64,000 nt of DNA from Mytilus californianus. Its lineage: Eukaryota. The translations under genes were made by a program, and so were the position numbers. The DNA is taken from assembly GCF_021869535.1 (NCBI RefSeq), contig NW_026262604.1:21390001-21454000 (forward strand), written 5' to 3'. Below the pieces are notes generated by a model. The model saw only the letters and a list, made by a program, of their open reading frames with translations. It did not search any database and was not told the DNA's origin. Positions 24,519-38,463 of this stretch are shown here, in pieces (within the stretch, counting starts at the first letter, position 1; each line of letters starts with the position of its first letter).

Positions 24519-26354
24519 CAAAAGCGGATGTCACCCTTCCCCTATTGCCATTAAGCGGCAGCCATTTCGAAACATTTTAACATTGAAGGCACATATATGC
24601 ATGGCAACACCTTTTTCTGTAAAGTTTCAGAACACTTGGAGCATTTGAAATTTTACACATTTTTGCTATTTCCATGGCAACAGCGGACATTGTCGATCGG
24701 GTGACGTAATAATTATAATTAAAATGTAAACATTAAAGACACGAATTCTTCTCGTTTGGAGGATTACATCAACTTTGACAGATATTTAATATATCCATCT
24801 ACAAACTGATAACACCTAAAGGAATAATCCAAAGTAGATGTACGATATACTTTTTATTCCCTAGTCTATCAACTATATTTATCATAGTATTGTTTAATTC
24901 GATATTGTACCTGCTACAAATTTTCAAATTACATTTTGATCACGTTCGATCCAATTTCCTATCCTGAAAATAGCAAGGACACCACATATCAGAACGTTCT
25001 TTGTATGTTTGCCTTTGTTTTTGTAGCAGTACAGTGTTTATGTTGTTCCGTTGTTTTCTTCTTATAGTTGATGTGTTTCCCTCGGTTTTGGTTTGTGACC
25101 CGGATTTGTTTCAGTTAAATCGATTTATCACTATTGAACAGTGGTATACTACTGTTGCCTTTATTTATTAAATGCATTTGATTGTTAAATAATTAAAAAA
25201 GATACTATATTTGCTGTGAAGATATAATGGTTTTGTGGAAGAAAATACCCCAAAATTTTGTTTCGCGCGCGGGAGACATACATGGTATTTTGATATTTTG
25301 TTGCACCAACAAAAATTTGTATTACATAGGGTAGCTAGTGGTCAAACATTTTTTTACCATATAGTGCCTTGGCTTGTTGTTATGAAATGTTTCATTTTCA
25401 ATGCCCTTTAACTTCTTATTTAATTTGGTCTTCCCACTTATTTGATACGAAAGCCATGACGTTTCTTTAGTGCCTCGGCAATTTCAACACGCATTTAAAC
25501 CATTTGTTGTCTCTATATAGATCTGAATTTCAATATAACCCCATCTCTTATCAGAAGTTTTACGTCATTACGTGTCTACGTTCTTTTGAATAAACAGGTT
25601 TAATATTAGGAATAAAATAATTACAAGTTAATCGTATTTCAAAACAAGTCATACTCGTTGCTTTGAAAATGAAAAAAGCACATGAACACACAGCGCAATT
25701 AAATGAAAATCAATAAATCAATTAGTATATAACGTCTGTACTGCTAGGTTGATAAATTTAAAAGGGAAATGCTCAAAGTGCTTATGGTGTATTGCATGTA
25801 TTTTGTTGTTTCCCAAATTTCATAATTTACTTTTATCGGCCTTTTTAAAAGCAAGGGTCCGACTATGATTGATTATCCTATAATCTATAATCTTATAGAT
25901 GACTTTTTAATTCCATATTTACTGTTTTTTATGAACCACCAGTTGTTATGATTCTTCATTTGAATTAGGAAAATATGATTTTACGTAGTCGTTCAAGCAC
26001 CATTAGTTATCGTTAAAGTTATCATCGAACGTATTTAATTGTCCTAATGATGATGTAAAGTGACCTTGGTACACCATATCTATCACATAAAGGTAGTGTG
26101 GTATCAAGAATTGGTTGCACTTTGTAAATATAGCTGATTCACACACCAACCCGTTTTTTGGACAAACTTAATCTTTATATTTATTATATATTTGTGCTAT
26201 GTTTATCACTGGCACATTTTTAATATTTCATCTCATAGGGACACAACTCGGAAATTGTATCAGCATGCATACAGTTTGATTGCAGTGAAACTAAATTCTC
26301 AAGGGAACTTTAAGAAAAAGAAGGATATTGCATAAGTTTAGTATAAACTCGAAC

Positions 26355-28545
26355 TCTAAGAGGTTCCAGGCAAATCAATGTTGAAATAACTACGTATTAA
26401 AGTGTAAACTATCCGGATAGGTATATGTCGGTAAAACGAATGGAAGGCTTAACAAAAGTATTCACGGACATAGATCAGACATCAATAACAATGCAAGCGA
26501 TATTGTTTAACAGCATTTTAATCAGCCTGATCATTCCATTCTTTCTATGGAAGTTCGCATCATCTAAAAAATGTAACAAAGGACTAACGACCCTCATCTT
26601 GTAACACCCCTCCGAAGACAAAAGGAAGACTATTGGATTCGACAATTGGAAACTGTGAAACCTTTTGGTTGTAATGATAAAATTGGTGATATACGTATTA
26701 TATCTAGTCCTTCCTGTAGCTCGGTGAACGTGATGCACATTTTCAACTCTACTCCTCTACGTAGACGAAGGCATGGTCATCGTCATTATACATCACATAC
26801 TCTCTATGATGTCTCTATTGCAGACCTGCTGCAGGTACAAAAGCTACAAAATCCGTTAGGTATTAAGCAAATTCGCACGAAGCTTTATTCACTACCCCTT
26901 TCAATGCTTTATTCTCTGTAAACTTATGTTTGGAAATCACTGTTACATTCCTCCATTCAAACCAATACAAACTTACAGTATCATCTTGAATATGTCCAGT
27001 CACAGACTTATAAAATCAATCAGCATTAGAAGAGATGAAAAAGAGAAAAGATCCTTTCTTAATCGTTCCATTGCCAACAAAGTTCTCGATGCCATTAACG
27101 TGGGCAATATCCTTCATCATAAATCAGTTCACTCGAAAATACCTTCCTATTTTAAAGATCAGTCTGTACTTATCATTTCGTATACTTATATGAAACCAAT
27201 TGCAACTAAAATTTTCAATTACAGACACGTGTAGCAAGATGTCAATGTTGACGACTTCAAGTCTAAGCCTCCTGATTGCACGTGTGCAAGTTTCTCATTC
27301 ATTTATAATCCGACTGGCCGCTTTAATATTGGGTGACTTAAGCATTGTCAATAACACTTCTCTGCGAAATGTGTTATCTGAAGGCTCGAAAAATGCTTGC
27401 TTAATGAATCAGGTATTGACTTACACTTGGGAACTCAACATATGACCTCATAACACTTACCAAGGATAATCATAGGTGTGTTTTATGTTCCTTTGGACAT
27501 TCAACCAAAGATGAAGAACTAGATCTTCCTTCACTGTATTGGACATCTTACTACATGAGTGTCCTTACAAACAACATTAAATTGCTGGGTCTTCCAAGTG
27601 CACCACGAAACCTCTTTCTTAATTATAAACATCAATTTTATCAGCCATCAAAGCCAGGCTTTAAAGTTATTGTGAAACTACCTATTCGGAATTTGGCGTA
27701 AACCAGATATGGATACTGAAAAATTCATTAGATCTTTTAGAGTACATACATCTAAGACTCTTTCATCTTGCAATAGTATTAAAACATTTAACTTCTCTAC
27801 ACTTTACACAAGCATTCCCCATTCAAGACTAAAAGACAAATTGAAAGATCTACAACGTAGATAAAAGTATCTTGCCTTAGGGATAAAAAATAAAAAAAAT
27901 CTGATTCAAACAAAAAATTCTCTGAAACTGACACTATCAAGATGCTTGATTTCTTAATGGACAACATATTTGTTACGTTTGGAGAACATGTGTTTTTTTT
28001 TCTTCAAAAATAATCGGCATTTTTCCTAGCTGTGCTCATCTTCTTGTCGACTTGTTTCTTTATTCATATGAAGCTGACTTTATATATGAACTTCTAAGAA
28101 AGTAAAGAATTTAGCTGTATCCCTTAACTTCACTTTTCATGTTCTCTTACTAAATCATTTAAAATATGTTGACTATGTTAAACGCATTTACAGACGCTAT
28201 CACGAGTTGGTTGACCGTTACGGTATATCTGTTACACAGATGAAGACAGATATGTTCCAACTGTCGTAACTACAATCCAGTACCCTTTTCCCCGAATGTG
28301 GCCTTCCGAATTAGACCAATCATCGGTCTTGAACTTATATAAGCAACACGACGGGTGCCACATGTGGAGCAGGAGCTGCTTATCCTTTCAGAGCACGTGT
28401 GATCACACCTGTTTTTGATGGGGTTCGTGTTCCTGAGTCTTTAATTTTCTATGTTTTTGTCTGTTGGTCTTCTTCTTTTTTTACCATGGCGTTTCAAGTT
28501 TGTTTCCAACTTATGAGTTTGAATGGTATATTTCGCCCCTCTCTA
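26355..28545 (+). mobile_element. Decayed near-complete Naiad-type Penelope-like element: N-terminal GIY-YIG endonuclease, CxC linker, RT, 3' UTR
   Basis: Frame from 26388 reads YVLKCKLSG*VYVGKTNGRLNKSIHGHRSDINN...QHFNQPDHS...RRQKEDYWIRQLETVKPFGCND (GIY-YIG with stops). Linker KSKPPDCTCAS at ~27258-27290. RT motifs homologous to 5841-7506, with several deletions. The 3' UTR ends at ~28545. Confidence 0.88.
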
Positions 28546-28829
28546 AATGTGTAACACATTTATCAAAATTGATTGTGCTCTCGACAAAAACATATTATTT
28601 CTAGCTTTTATGAATACTACACAACCGATGGTTAAACGTGTCGTATGAATGTTTGTTTTCTGACAATTTTGTGGTTTATGGTAAAGTCAATAAAATACAT
28701 ATTGCATATCATTTGCACCCTCACAGAACTGAACAGTATACACATGATGTGTTAAGAAATAATAACTACTAAATATTGCAAAGTTGTCTAAATTTCTAAA
28801 TGCACTAGTGACAACAGGAAGGCAATGCA

Positions 28830-29550
28830 TGCTGTACCTTTAGGTATTGAAGTGTTGGTGAATGAAAAAAAGCATTTGGTGGTGTCACAAATGAGGAAAG
28901 ACTTACATGGTCTGGTAAAGACACAATCAACATATCTGTCAGTGGTTATCTGTGACACAGATGTTCCATAAATGTACACCAAATCATGATGTCGTTTAAA
29001 AAAATTATAATGAGCTGACTTCCTAATGCACTCAACTATTTCAAAGTTTGTTCGATAAATTCTTTGTAAGTTGCAGCCTTCTCTCAATGGTCATGATAAG
29101 GATCGCAAATGTCTTATCAACAAGGACATGAAGTGTACACGAAGGCGCTACTGGAATGTTACTATCTAAAACCGAAGGGGGTTTTAATTGGAATCATTGT
29201 TAGATCTTTAGTTGTGAAATATAGTTCTCAACCGATGAATATCAAGATATAGGAATTCACGAAAGATTGTTTCTAAGTAGTGACGAAGAACTGGATTTAC
29301 CATGTACATCTGCGATACCTTATCTAACTTTCAAGGGCACTGACGTGATCAACATAGTCACCAAAAAATTGGGATGATTCAATACAAGTGCAGCATGTAG
29401 TGTCAATTAAAAAGATAGGGTTAGGTTTTTTTCATTCTTTTTGCGCCTCGTTGAAATAAGAATCAAAATTACGAGTAGGGAGACAGATATAGCTATTTAT
29501 CAAAGCGTCGACTAAACGTAACAAATATATTGTCACTTGACTTTTATTAG
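28830..29550 (-). mobile_element. Highly decayed Naiad-type RT remnant
   Basis: Minus strand reads DNIFVTF (~29515-29535), FGDYVDH (~29345-29370), SNIPVAP (~29140-29165) and FFKRHHDLVYIYGTSVSQITTD (ORF 28788-29087). Confidence 0.7.
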
Positions 29551-32500
29551 TCTTCGAGATCTCAGTGTCAATTTATTTTGATAATAGATTCTAGTGGTTT
29601 TTGCAAAGTATATATATATTTATATATATGATTTTCCCCTTGTTTAACAAAATATTTAAAATACTGATGGTCAATTTATTTCAAAACAGTAATTTTTACT
29701 AATTCTGTTGTTGATTTCAGAATGCAGGATTTTGGTGGAAAGTAAGATAAAACAATTTGTATTTCTTTTTTCTTTATCACGTGGAGATTCATTTTTTTAC
29801 TATGACCGAGTTTTTCAAGTTTTGAATATCCACATTATATACACAGCGCTCCTTCCACAGTATCTTTGAAGCAGAATTCGATTACTGCGAGAATAATAAG
29901 GTAACATTATAGAAACAATATATAGTCTTAAAGTTTGAAAATACAAACAATTGTTTATCTGAAAGGACCAGCCAATATCAGAGTCAATATTTATTTCTTG
30001 AATCATTAAAGTACTGCAGCACAGGATAAAAAAGAGAGGCGAAGGATACAAAAGGGACATTCAAACTCATAAGTCGGAAAATAAACTGACAATTTGCCAT
30101 GGAAGAAGTCTAATTACAACATTTTGGGTTTTGAAAAAAAGTCGTTGCAAGAGTTATTTTTTATATGTTCATATTTTCATTATTTTCTCATAATCCCCAG
30201 AAAGCCTTTAACTGTTTTGGATAAATATACATATTATACATGTTATATGTACTTTTCGCAAGTTGAGTATTAGGATAGTAAAGAAACGTATTCTGGTTAT
30301 TCATGATATATCGGAAATGTTGCTTGCGCCTTAAATCAGGTACTGTGAACAATACAAAAATCATCAGTTTCAGAGTGACAAGCCAAATTTTACATATTTA
30401 GAAACTCACTTTAAAATAATTACTATTTACACTTGAAGTCGGAAAGTCTGTTTCACTTCAAAAATTGAAAATATATGTTGGTATGAAATAAGCACCAACT
30501 TTATCAGACACATTATGAAATTGATTATTTAGTTATTGTAGTTATATCACTCGAATTTTGATGAAGGAAATTGTCTCCATTAATAATATCAGGATATCTG
30601 ACAGAGAGTAGTAAAGAAAAATACACATTTTATATATAATATGTTCTCAAAGGCAGTGGATGTGGAACATTTGTATAAAAATATTTTTAATTCGAAAATC
30701 CAATATGATAGTTATCGGTTTGGATGGATTCGAATCAAATTTTTTAACATTGCGTGAACCCAATTAATGCAAAATATGTACATACATCTTACCTCTTTAT
30801 ATTAATAGGGATTGACAGTTTTCATAGTTTTCATGTATTTTCCGTTACAACATAAATTACATGTAATTGCTTCCGCAATTACCTTATCAAATAATGATTA
30901 ACATTTTGTATGTAGAATACACATAAATCAAAATGTGTGATGCCCATAACTAGTTTTAGCACACTAACAAGATGTGTCGTTTAACTTGTGCATGAGTGTT
31001 GTCGTATATAATTAAAACTTTACGTGTATTGTTGTGTACAACCATGTTTTTCTTCCTGATATCCAAACAGTTTCAATTTCCATGTTAATCCATATTTATG
31101 TTAAAAAAGGGCAAATTGTCGTGGAAAAACGAAACAGAAACAAGTGTCTATTTGTAAAATTAATTACATTTAGATACAGACTAAATCTGTATGGATATAA
31201 ATAAAATATTTAGATGCCCTGTATAAAGTATATCTTTTATGATAAATAGTATTGAAATGTTCTACCGATAACATATGTGTATTTTAAATGACCATAAACC
31301 AATCAAAATGACTCTTTCATTATCAACCATAGCGGCAATCTAAATTCAAATAATAAGCGGGCACAGCTTCTTAAGTACGAAAAAGGTAAGAATAGCTTTT
31401 TAAAAACGACATATTTAACCAACTTATTCTTAAAACATTCATGATGAAAGTACGTGTAAGTTTAGACGAAATATACAGCATCAAATAATGAAAAAAAGAA
31501 ATATTTAAGAAGTTAAAAGATAAATTGATAAATATTTAGAAAAAAAAAATGGTTTTTTAGGTCTTGATAACTGATTTTTCATTTAAAATTTTAATAGTTT
31601 TGTTTAGAGAATGGCTAAGTAATTGTGGCAAAAGTAAGCAGTTAAACACAATTTACATTGATTTCAAATTTTCTTGCTAAATACTTGTATCTTTTGAAGA
31701 AGTATCATTTACTATGTTATCTAATAATTCAGTACGACTTCATTTGCCAACCTGCTAATGATTATTGTCTGAGCCATTTTTATTTTTCAAATTACAAAAA
31801 TTGTCGCTATGAATTATTACTTTATGACTACCTCATCTTAGCAACTACAATCTGCTTGGTTTGAACGAATATTTCTTATAAAAAATCAATGTAAACAAAC
31901 CTGATTCATGTCAATAACGTACATAACCACATCTGAATTGACTGAGTGGGATTCATTTGTTGTGCAGAAGAGAGAAAAAATACTTTATAAAAAAATGACA
32001 GAGCTTGTTCTGTTATGTTTTATGAACTTAGTATGATGAATTTTTTCATAGTCGTGTAGTCGTGCTATTCTATTGTTTGTTTAACAAAACTATTTCGGTA
32101 AATTCAAAGACGCAATTTAACTTGTTTTGAAAGATCAAAGGGAAATAACTAAAAGAGTTTAGTAAGGACAGTATGAAATTTTGAAACCGTATGTTGTGGT
32201 AACCTTAAAACACAGTCTGTATGTAAAAAAACACAAACTAGGAGAAAAATCAAATTTAAATGGTGTAATTTTGTTTACCCACAACATTAAGACTTGAAGT
32301 ACAACTACTTATGGAAATATACCATTGAAAAATAATAATCATGTTTAAACATTATACTGTATCGATAACAACCAAGATTTCAAATTATAGAGTGAAATCA
32401 AAGGATATAAAACTTTTGAAAGGCGTTTCAACATGGTTAATACCAAATTGGCACGGTACCGTATCTTATTTATTGTCGTTTTTCGTATTCCAAGGTTGGC

Positions 32501-32553
32501 ATGCGAAATGTATAAGTGATAAAGGAAGACAAGCTATAAGTTTAGTTACGCAT

Positions 32554-32717
32554 GAAAATATCTTTTTATTTGAAATTCGCTCTTTATAATGAAAATAAAA
32601 TCATGGTTGCTTCTTTGTTTGAAGAAATGAAGTTTGAAAATATCTTTCTATTTGAATTTCTCTCTTTATTATGAAAATAAAAACATGGTTGCTTCTTTGT
32701 TTGTGGAAATGAAGTAT
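32554..32717. repeat. Two-copy tandem duplication, 82-bp unit
   Basis: GAAAATATCTTT...CATGGTTGCTTCTTTGTTTG...GAAATGAAGT starts at 32554 and again at 32636. Confidence 0.9.
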
Positions 32718-35529
32718 GCGTCATCAGGACTTCAAAATGAATTTCAAATAGATACATTTAGCCTTTGACTTTGTGTATTGCGTCATATACACAAATATCG
32801 AAACCACTGTGTACTACTGTCTGTTTGAATTTATAACTAGGTCATATTCAATATTGAACGAAACGCTTGTCTGGCGTACAAAAAAATACTTTTGGTATTT
32901 TTGATGAGTTTGTAAGATTGGACAATTCTATGTTTTATTGCGGATAAAAAGAGGTTTATCTGGAATATTTGTTTGTTTTTCCTCTGAACAAAAAAAAATA
33001 TTGACTGATTTTATCTTAAAAATAGTATCAGTTACATATTTTCTTAATTGGTCTTCATGGAGTTTACAAATTCAAATACGCGCCAATACTTATGAAACGC
33101 CAATGACGTTACAATGGTATATACAAATAGGCCATCTGCTATGCACTCTTTGAGAACACCTAGAGAACAATTTCACATTCGATAATTATAAGCTAACAGA
33201 TCATGTGAGTATTAATGTGACTCGAGGGACAATGAAATGTAAAAAAAGAAAAACAAATGAATGCGTTCAATTGTTGATGTTTCTGTTTTACGTTCATGAA
33301 CTGTTTGTATCTACTTACTTTTGTGTTTCTTTATTTAGTTTAGGTCATCCTAAGTCATGTAAGTAGGATGTAAGTTTGGAATGTTTTGGGAGATTAGTTT
33401 TCTAATGGTAGTATAAAACAGATTATAAATACAGCATACATTGAAAGACATAATAAAAGCTAAGTAGGAACAGCTCCTCAAAAGTATTTGATTCTGTATA
33501 TATTTTTTTTCAAATTTGAAACAAGGTCCTTGCAGCATTCTCCCCCATCCCCTCATGGTTTTTGTCATGATGTATCAACTTAATATGTGGTTCGGGTAAT
33601 ACATGTTATAACTGTGTCTTGTAATTCTTCCGTATTTTAAGGTTTTTGTGTTCTGTTCCTGATTTCATTTGTTGGGCTTGATGCCTGCTTTTTGTTGACC
33701 ATGCCTGTTCCTGCAAATATGTATTTTTAATTCTAAACTTATCAATTTTCAAATTAATTGAGCTGAGCTTGATTCAAATGATTGGAAAGAAAGAAAGAAA
33801 TACCATATCATGATTAATAAATCTAAAAAGTTATGTAAGTGTTTAAGTCATTAAATTTAAACGTACTCGTTTCCATCGGATTTAAGGTAATTACTAGTAC
33901 CATCTTCATTGATTAGTAGCTTGTAAGGCTTAAGCCTGATTTCATTCGGACTCGTGATGCTAAATGTTCCAACACTTCACCTGAAACTTTATCTTTGTAT
34001 TCTGATAATATTATTCAATACTATAACAGGTCAGGAAGACTACCTTAGACGGGTATGCATAATTTATCATAATTATGTTCCCGCCAACATAATTGTTTGT
34101 GGATATAATACTCAATTTAATTTTGCCCGGGTTGTTGACCAATCCAATTAATGAGCTGCAATGCATGATGGACTACCACTTGCTCACAATTTACCAAGCA
34201 TATGCGTTTTACTGACACGCAACGCATTTTTTCAGAGATTGCAGGATAAAGATGTCATGTCATTTTTTTATTTTTATGATTACATTTACGGATCATGACA
34301 TGAAGTATTTTTTCCATGCTCAGATTAATGTATAAATGTTTCTATCCTAGAAAATAGTATTTGAAATACCAATAACCAATGTTATGGATCGATGAACAAA
34401 GATTTAAGACATTCGTGCACGGGACAGCAACCAAACGAAACAAAAATTCAAACGATAATAGATTGTACTTGCATTCAGATTTCGAAAACGGAAGGCTCCT
34501 GAACTTTTCAGATCTCTCATAAAATTGGGAAAGCGAGTGTCAAATATGCGTGTGACGATCTCACAAATATTTTCCTTTTGCACAGAATTTATACAGATTT
34601 GATAATATCTATCCTACATTTTGTTTATCTGCTGTCTCATTCCAAAGGTCAGTAAAGGTTTATTGTCCAAAAACGAATGCTGTAAGCCTTCTGTATCTTT
34701 AGAGATGATCAGAAAGTGTTTTCTATTGTTACAGCATGCACTGAAAATTGCACGATCATTTGTTTTATCGTAAATACTTATTGCCTTGGTGACTGCGTAA
34801 TTAGTTTATGAGATTATAGTTGTGAAAATTATTTGAGATGAATTACCCAAACATGAAAAAGAAGATGTGGTATGATTGCCAATGAGACAACTCTCCACAA
34901 AGACAACTACGGATCACCATAATTTATTTAACAACAGACAGGTGTCCCAATCTATATAAGATATAGACTCTGCATATGAATGATGTGCCTGATTTTAAAG
35001 CCATGGCTCTTTGCAGCCTGTAATACTTGATATTAAGTAGGTTTTTTTTGTCCCATTTTTCTCTGTTCGTTATGAAAAAGCATTGTTTATGGGAAAATGG
35101 GAATATGTGTGATACGATAATTCGAAGAGCATACGGTATCATATAAACTATTCAAGACCTTCAAATTCTTAAACTAGTATTAAAGAGCTAAGAGAAATTT
35201 TACTGATCAATGGACAGTTCGATATTAATTTCGCGTGAAATGAATGCACAGGGGCAGTGCATAACAATAGAGAAAACCTGATTTTGACTACTTTGACAAG
35301 ACTAAAAAACTCGAATACTGAAGCCGGTGAAAAATTTTTTCTTTAATCTGAGCATGCAGATATATAGGTTATGTTTCAAACAACACGTTTCAACCATATT
35401 CCACGTTTTTGTATGTGATAGTAAACTCATAGTATCCCATAATGCATCGTGGTTCATTGTGTCGATTGATCAATTTCTCACAAACATGTTTACATTTTAA
35501 ATTTGCGAATTTACAATGCAAAATGTACT

Positions 35530-35682
35530 ATTGACGTCAGAATTCTATTGGTCCTGACCTGTATAACAAATTATGGTTAAATGGTACTTACGTACTAGAC
35601 TGACAAATTTGAAACTAGGATGAAAATCCCATATATTTTATGACCACGTGTTGTCATGTCATTCATAGAAAGTATTCAGTGC
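35530..35682 (+). promoter_or_regulatory. Possible core promoter (CRE, reverse CCAAT, E-box, Inr-like)
   Basis: TGACGTCA at 35532-35539, ATTGG at 35547-35551, CACGTG at 35645-35650, TCAGT at 35676-35680. Motif clustering only. Confidence 0.2.
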
Positions 35683-36059
35683 GAGTTGCGCTCTGTTTGT
35701 ATTCGAATTTTCAAATAGTGAACATGATACATTTTCAAAAGTTGCATTTGATTTATTTATTTGTTTTCAAAATATTCTTAAAGATATTTTTATTTTACTT
35801 TTGTACTTATATCGGTAAACCAACTACCTTTCATTTACTGCACAGTATCCATTTAAAAGCGCGCAAATTTCAGTAAATATACATTTTTATAAGGCATTTA
35901 TATATACTGTCTCATCTAGTTTGCCTCACAAGTGAGTCGTCATATATTTTAACTGTTGTATACCCTTCCAACACAAGGAACATCAAGGATGATTGAGGAA
36001 TAGAAGTATTGTCATTTGAGGTCTTCTTCTGACCGGTGATAAAACTCTTTCCAAAGTTG

Positions 36060-36388
36060 GACGATTGTTTGGTTCTGTGGGATGTGTAAATAAGAATTTA
36101 CGTCAGATCAGAATCGAGACTTTAAATCCGACGCCTCGTGTAAAGAGAGTGGCATACTCCCTGTTACGAACCTTTGCAACAATTATTTGACGGGTTCGTT
36201 GGTAGCCTGTTTCAAGGTAAAATTTCTGTCCTACCTCATATACATCCATTTTCCGGTGCCAATCCGAATTGCATCCCGAACGACATTTTTTACATGACCT
36301 ACCTTTTGTTACTTGTTTTCATCCTGACAATGCATGAATATTTGCAAGTGGACATAAAGCAAACATAAATCAATCAATCAATCAATCA
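36060..36388 (+). mobile_element. Degenerate SINE-like element with (CAAT)n tail
   Basis: Ends GTGGACATAAAGCAAACATAAATCAATCAATCAATCAATCA. GC-richer body with CAGAATCGAGACTTTAAATCCGACGCCTCGTG. No intact A/B boxes seen. Confidence 0.4.
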
Positions 36389-36479
36389 TTGTAACACGTG
36401 AAATCCTTGTTATTTCAAATTAGTAGAAAATGGACCGCAGAGGATAAGAAAAAAATACTTCATTTGACCTTAACAAGAG

Positions 36480-37007
36480 GATTCGGAGTATATATCTCCC
36501 AATTGATACGATAATCTAGGTCTTCTATTTCCTATCATGATTTCGTTAATAGAGGGTTGCTGCTCACAACGAAACTATTTAAACAGGAGTTCCAGCTGAT
36601 GAAGTTGAAAACATCCCTTCGATCATTTTACGGACGCCATCACGAGTTGGTTGACCGTTATGGAACATCCGTTTCACAGGTGACAACGTATATGTTCCAA
36701 ATTGCCGTAACTACAATCCCGTCCCTTTTACCCCAAATGTGATCTACTGAAGTAGACCTATCAACAGGTGTCTACGAACATGAGCAACACGACGGGTGCC
36801 ACATGTGGATCAGGATCCGCTTACCCTTCAGGAGCACCTCATATCTCCCCAGTTTTTAGTGGGGTTCTTGTTGCTCAGTTCTTAGTTTTCTATGTTGTGC
36901 TTTGTGTACTGTTGTGTGTCTATAAGTCATTTCCCTTTTTAGCCATTGCGTTGTCAGTTTATATTCGACTTATAAGTTTGAATATCCCTTTGATATCTTT
37001 CGCCTCT
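36480..37007 (+). mobile_element. 3' fragment of a Naiad-type element (RT C-terminus plus 3' UTR)
   Basis: Reads GVYISQLIR...LLLTTKLFKQEFQLMKLKTSLRSFYGRHHELVDRYG, followed by a 3' UTR homologous to 5841-6140. Confidence 0.88.
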
Positions 37008-38302
37008 CGTCAACAAATGTAAATTTTAATATATCTGAGTTATTCTTGTGTTGTTGAATCTTATATTATAATGTCAGACACAAATTAGTAAACATTCGTA
37101 CGGTTTTCATGCGTTAAGTTTGCACTGTTGGAATACTTTTACTTCAGATTCTCAGGAGTGCATCTTGTCTTATTTGAAAAATGTCAGGAGCACTTTTGGA
37201 CCCCCACTGTGGTAGTGATTATACCAAGTGGTCTGTACTGCTTTTGAAAATGTATGCCATAAAAATATTCAAACAAGTACTAAAATAAAAAACATTCATC
37301 GATTTTTTAATGTTATTTTCTTACCTTAATATATGGTATGCTTACTTTGTGTGTAATCATAATTTCATTGTAATGATTTATGATTTTTTTTGTGTGTGAA
37401 TTTTACTAGAGTTGATACCTTTTAATGTCTACGAGTGCACATAAATTTGTGTGATATCCTTTCATTTTTATCTGGTGTTGGTGCCTTGTAAGATGCTAAA
37501 GATACTTAACAAGTATTATTTGTCATTGGATACATTTGCGGCCAAACAGTTTGACCCATTTTTAAAAGTTAAAATACATTTAGTTTTGTAAATTGTGAAA
37601 TATGATTACACCTTTTGAGAAGTAATGTGTGATAAAAATATTGACAAGATAGAAATAGCTAAATACGAACATTTTACTGGTTTGGGTCACAACATATATA
37701 TATATTGTGTTCATATTTTGACGCATAGTGTTGGTGGCAGGTGTCGTTTGATCAGTAATATATTATGTTAAATAATAAAGTATACCCTCTTACCAAAGTA
37801 TCTTTGTTCAACCTGTTTGAAGGCGAAACAGACACAAATAGCTCGTGTTGCTTAATCACTATTCCATGTATATTAATTTGAGTTATTTCTCTTTTGTTAG
37901 GATGAACATTGCAATTTTATTTTACAATTCTGTGTAAAATGACCAACTCTTTATTCTCATTTTCATTTACAGGTTTTTACTCAAATTTAAGAAAGTGTTT
38001 GTGAATTTTACGTTTTCTGCCATATCAAGGACTAGGTATTCATCATACCTTCCCCTTTGTATGTTATGCTCGTATATGCAGTGAAAAGTGGGGTTTTATA
38101 TTGGAGAATTTCTTTATGTACTGGGTGTACAATCACGAATTTCATTATAACATGTATACACATTTTTAGTAGTACAAATACAAAATCAAATTAATTCGTT
38201 CAGAATATATTTATCCTTTGAACTGCATATATCGATAAATTACAGTTACTGCAATACATGCTATCATCGCTCACCGAATGATACTTTACATTTCTTTTTC
38301 AG

Positions 38303-38463
38303 AATGGAAACTCTTTCAGAGAGAGAAGATTGATAAGAATAAACAGCATTTCTATCAGAATGAGTTTTATTCTGTACACAAGACCAACAGTAAAGGGACA
38401 ATCCCATGGATTATACCTAAGGAGATCCACATAAAACTTGGAAATACAACTCCAATCCCAAAG
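38303..38463 (+). CDS. Candidate internal coding exon of a host gene
   Basis: Strong acceptor TTTACATTTCTTTTTCAG|AA and donor AAG|GTAAAT. Only the phase-1 frame is open throughout: (E)WKLFQREKIDKNKQHFYQNEFYSVHKTNSKGTIPWIIPKEIHIKLGNTTPIPK. Confidence 0.6.

Noticed and set aside
34585-34810. Possible small Cys-rich exons
   Set aside because: The model needs a 55-nt intron and has no independent support.
37973-38035. 63-nt exon-like segment (TTTACAG|...TAG|GTATTC)
   Set aside because: The frame compatible with exon 38303 contains TGA and no downstream ATG. It could only be non-coding or a poison exon.
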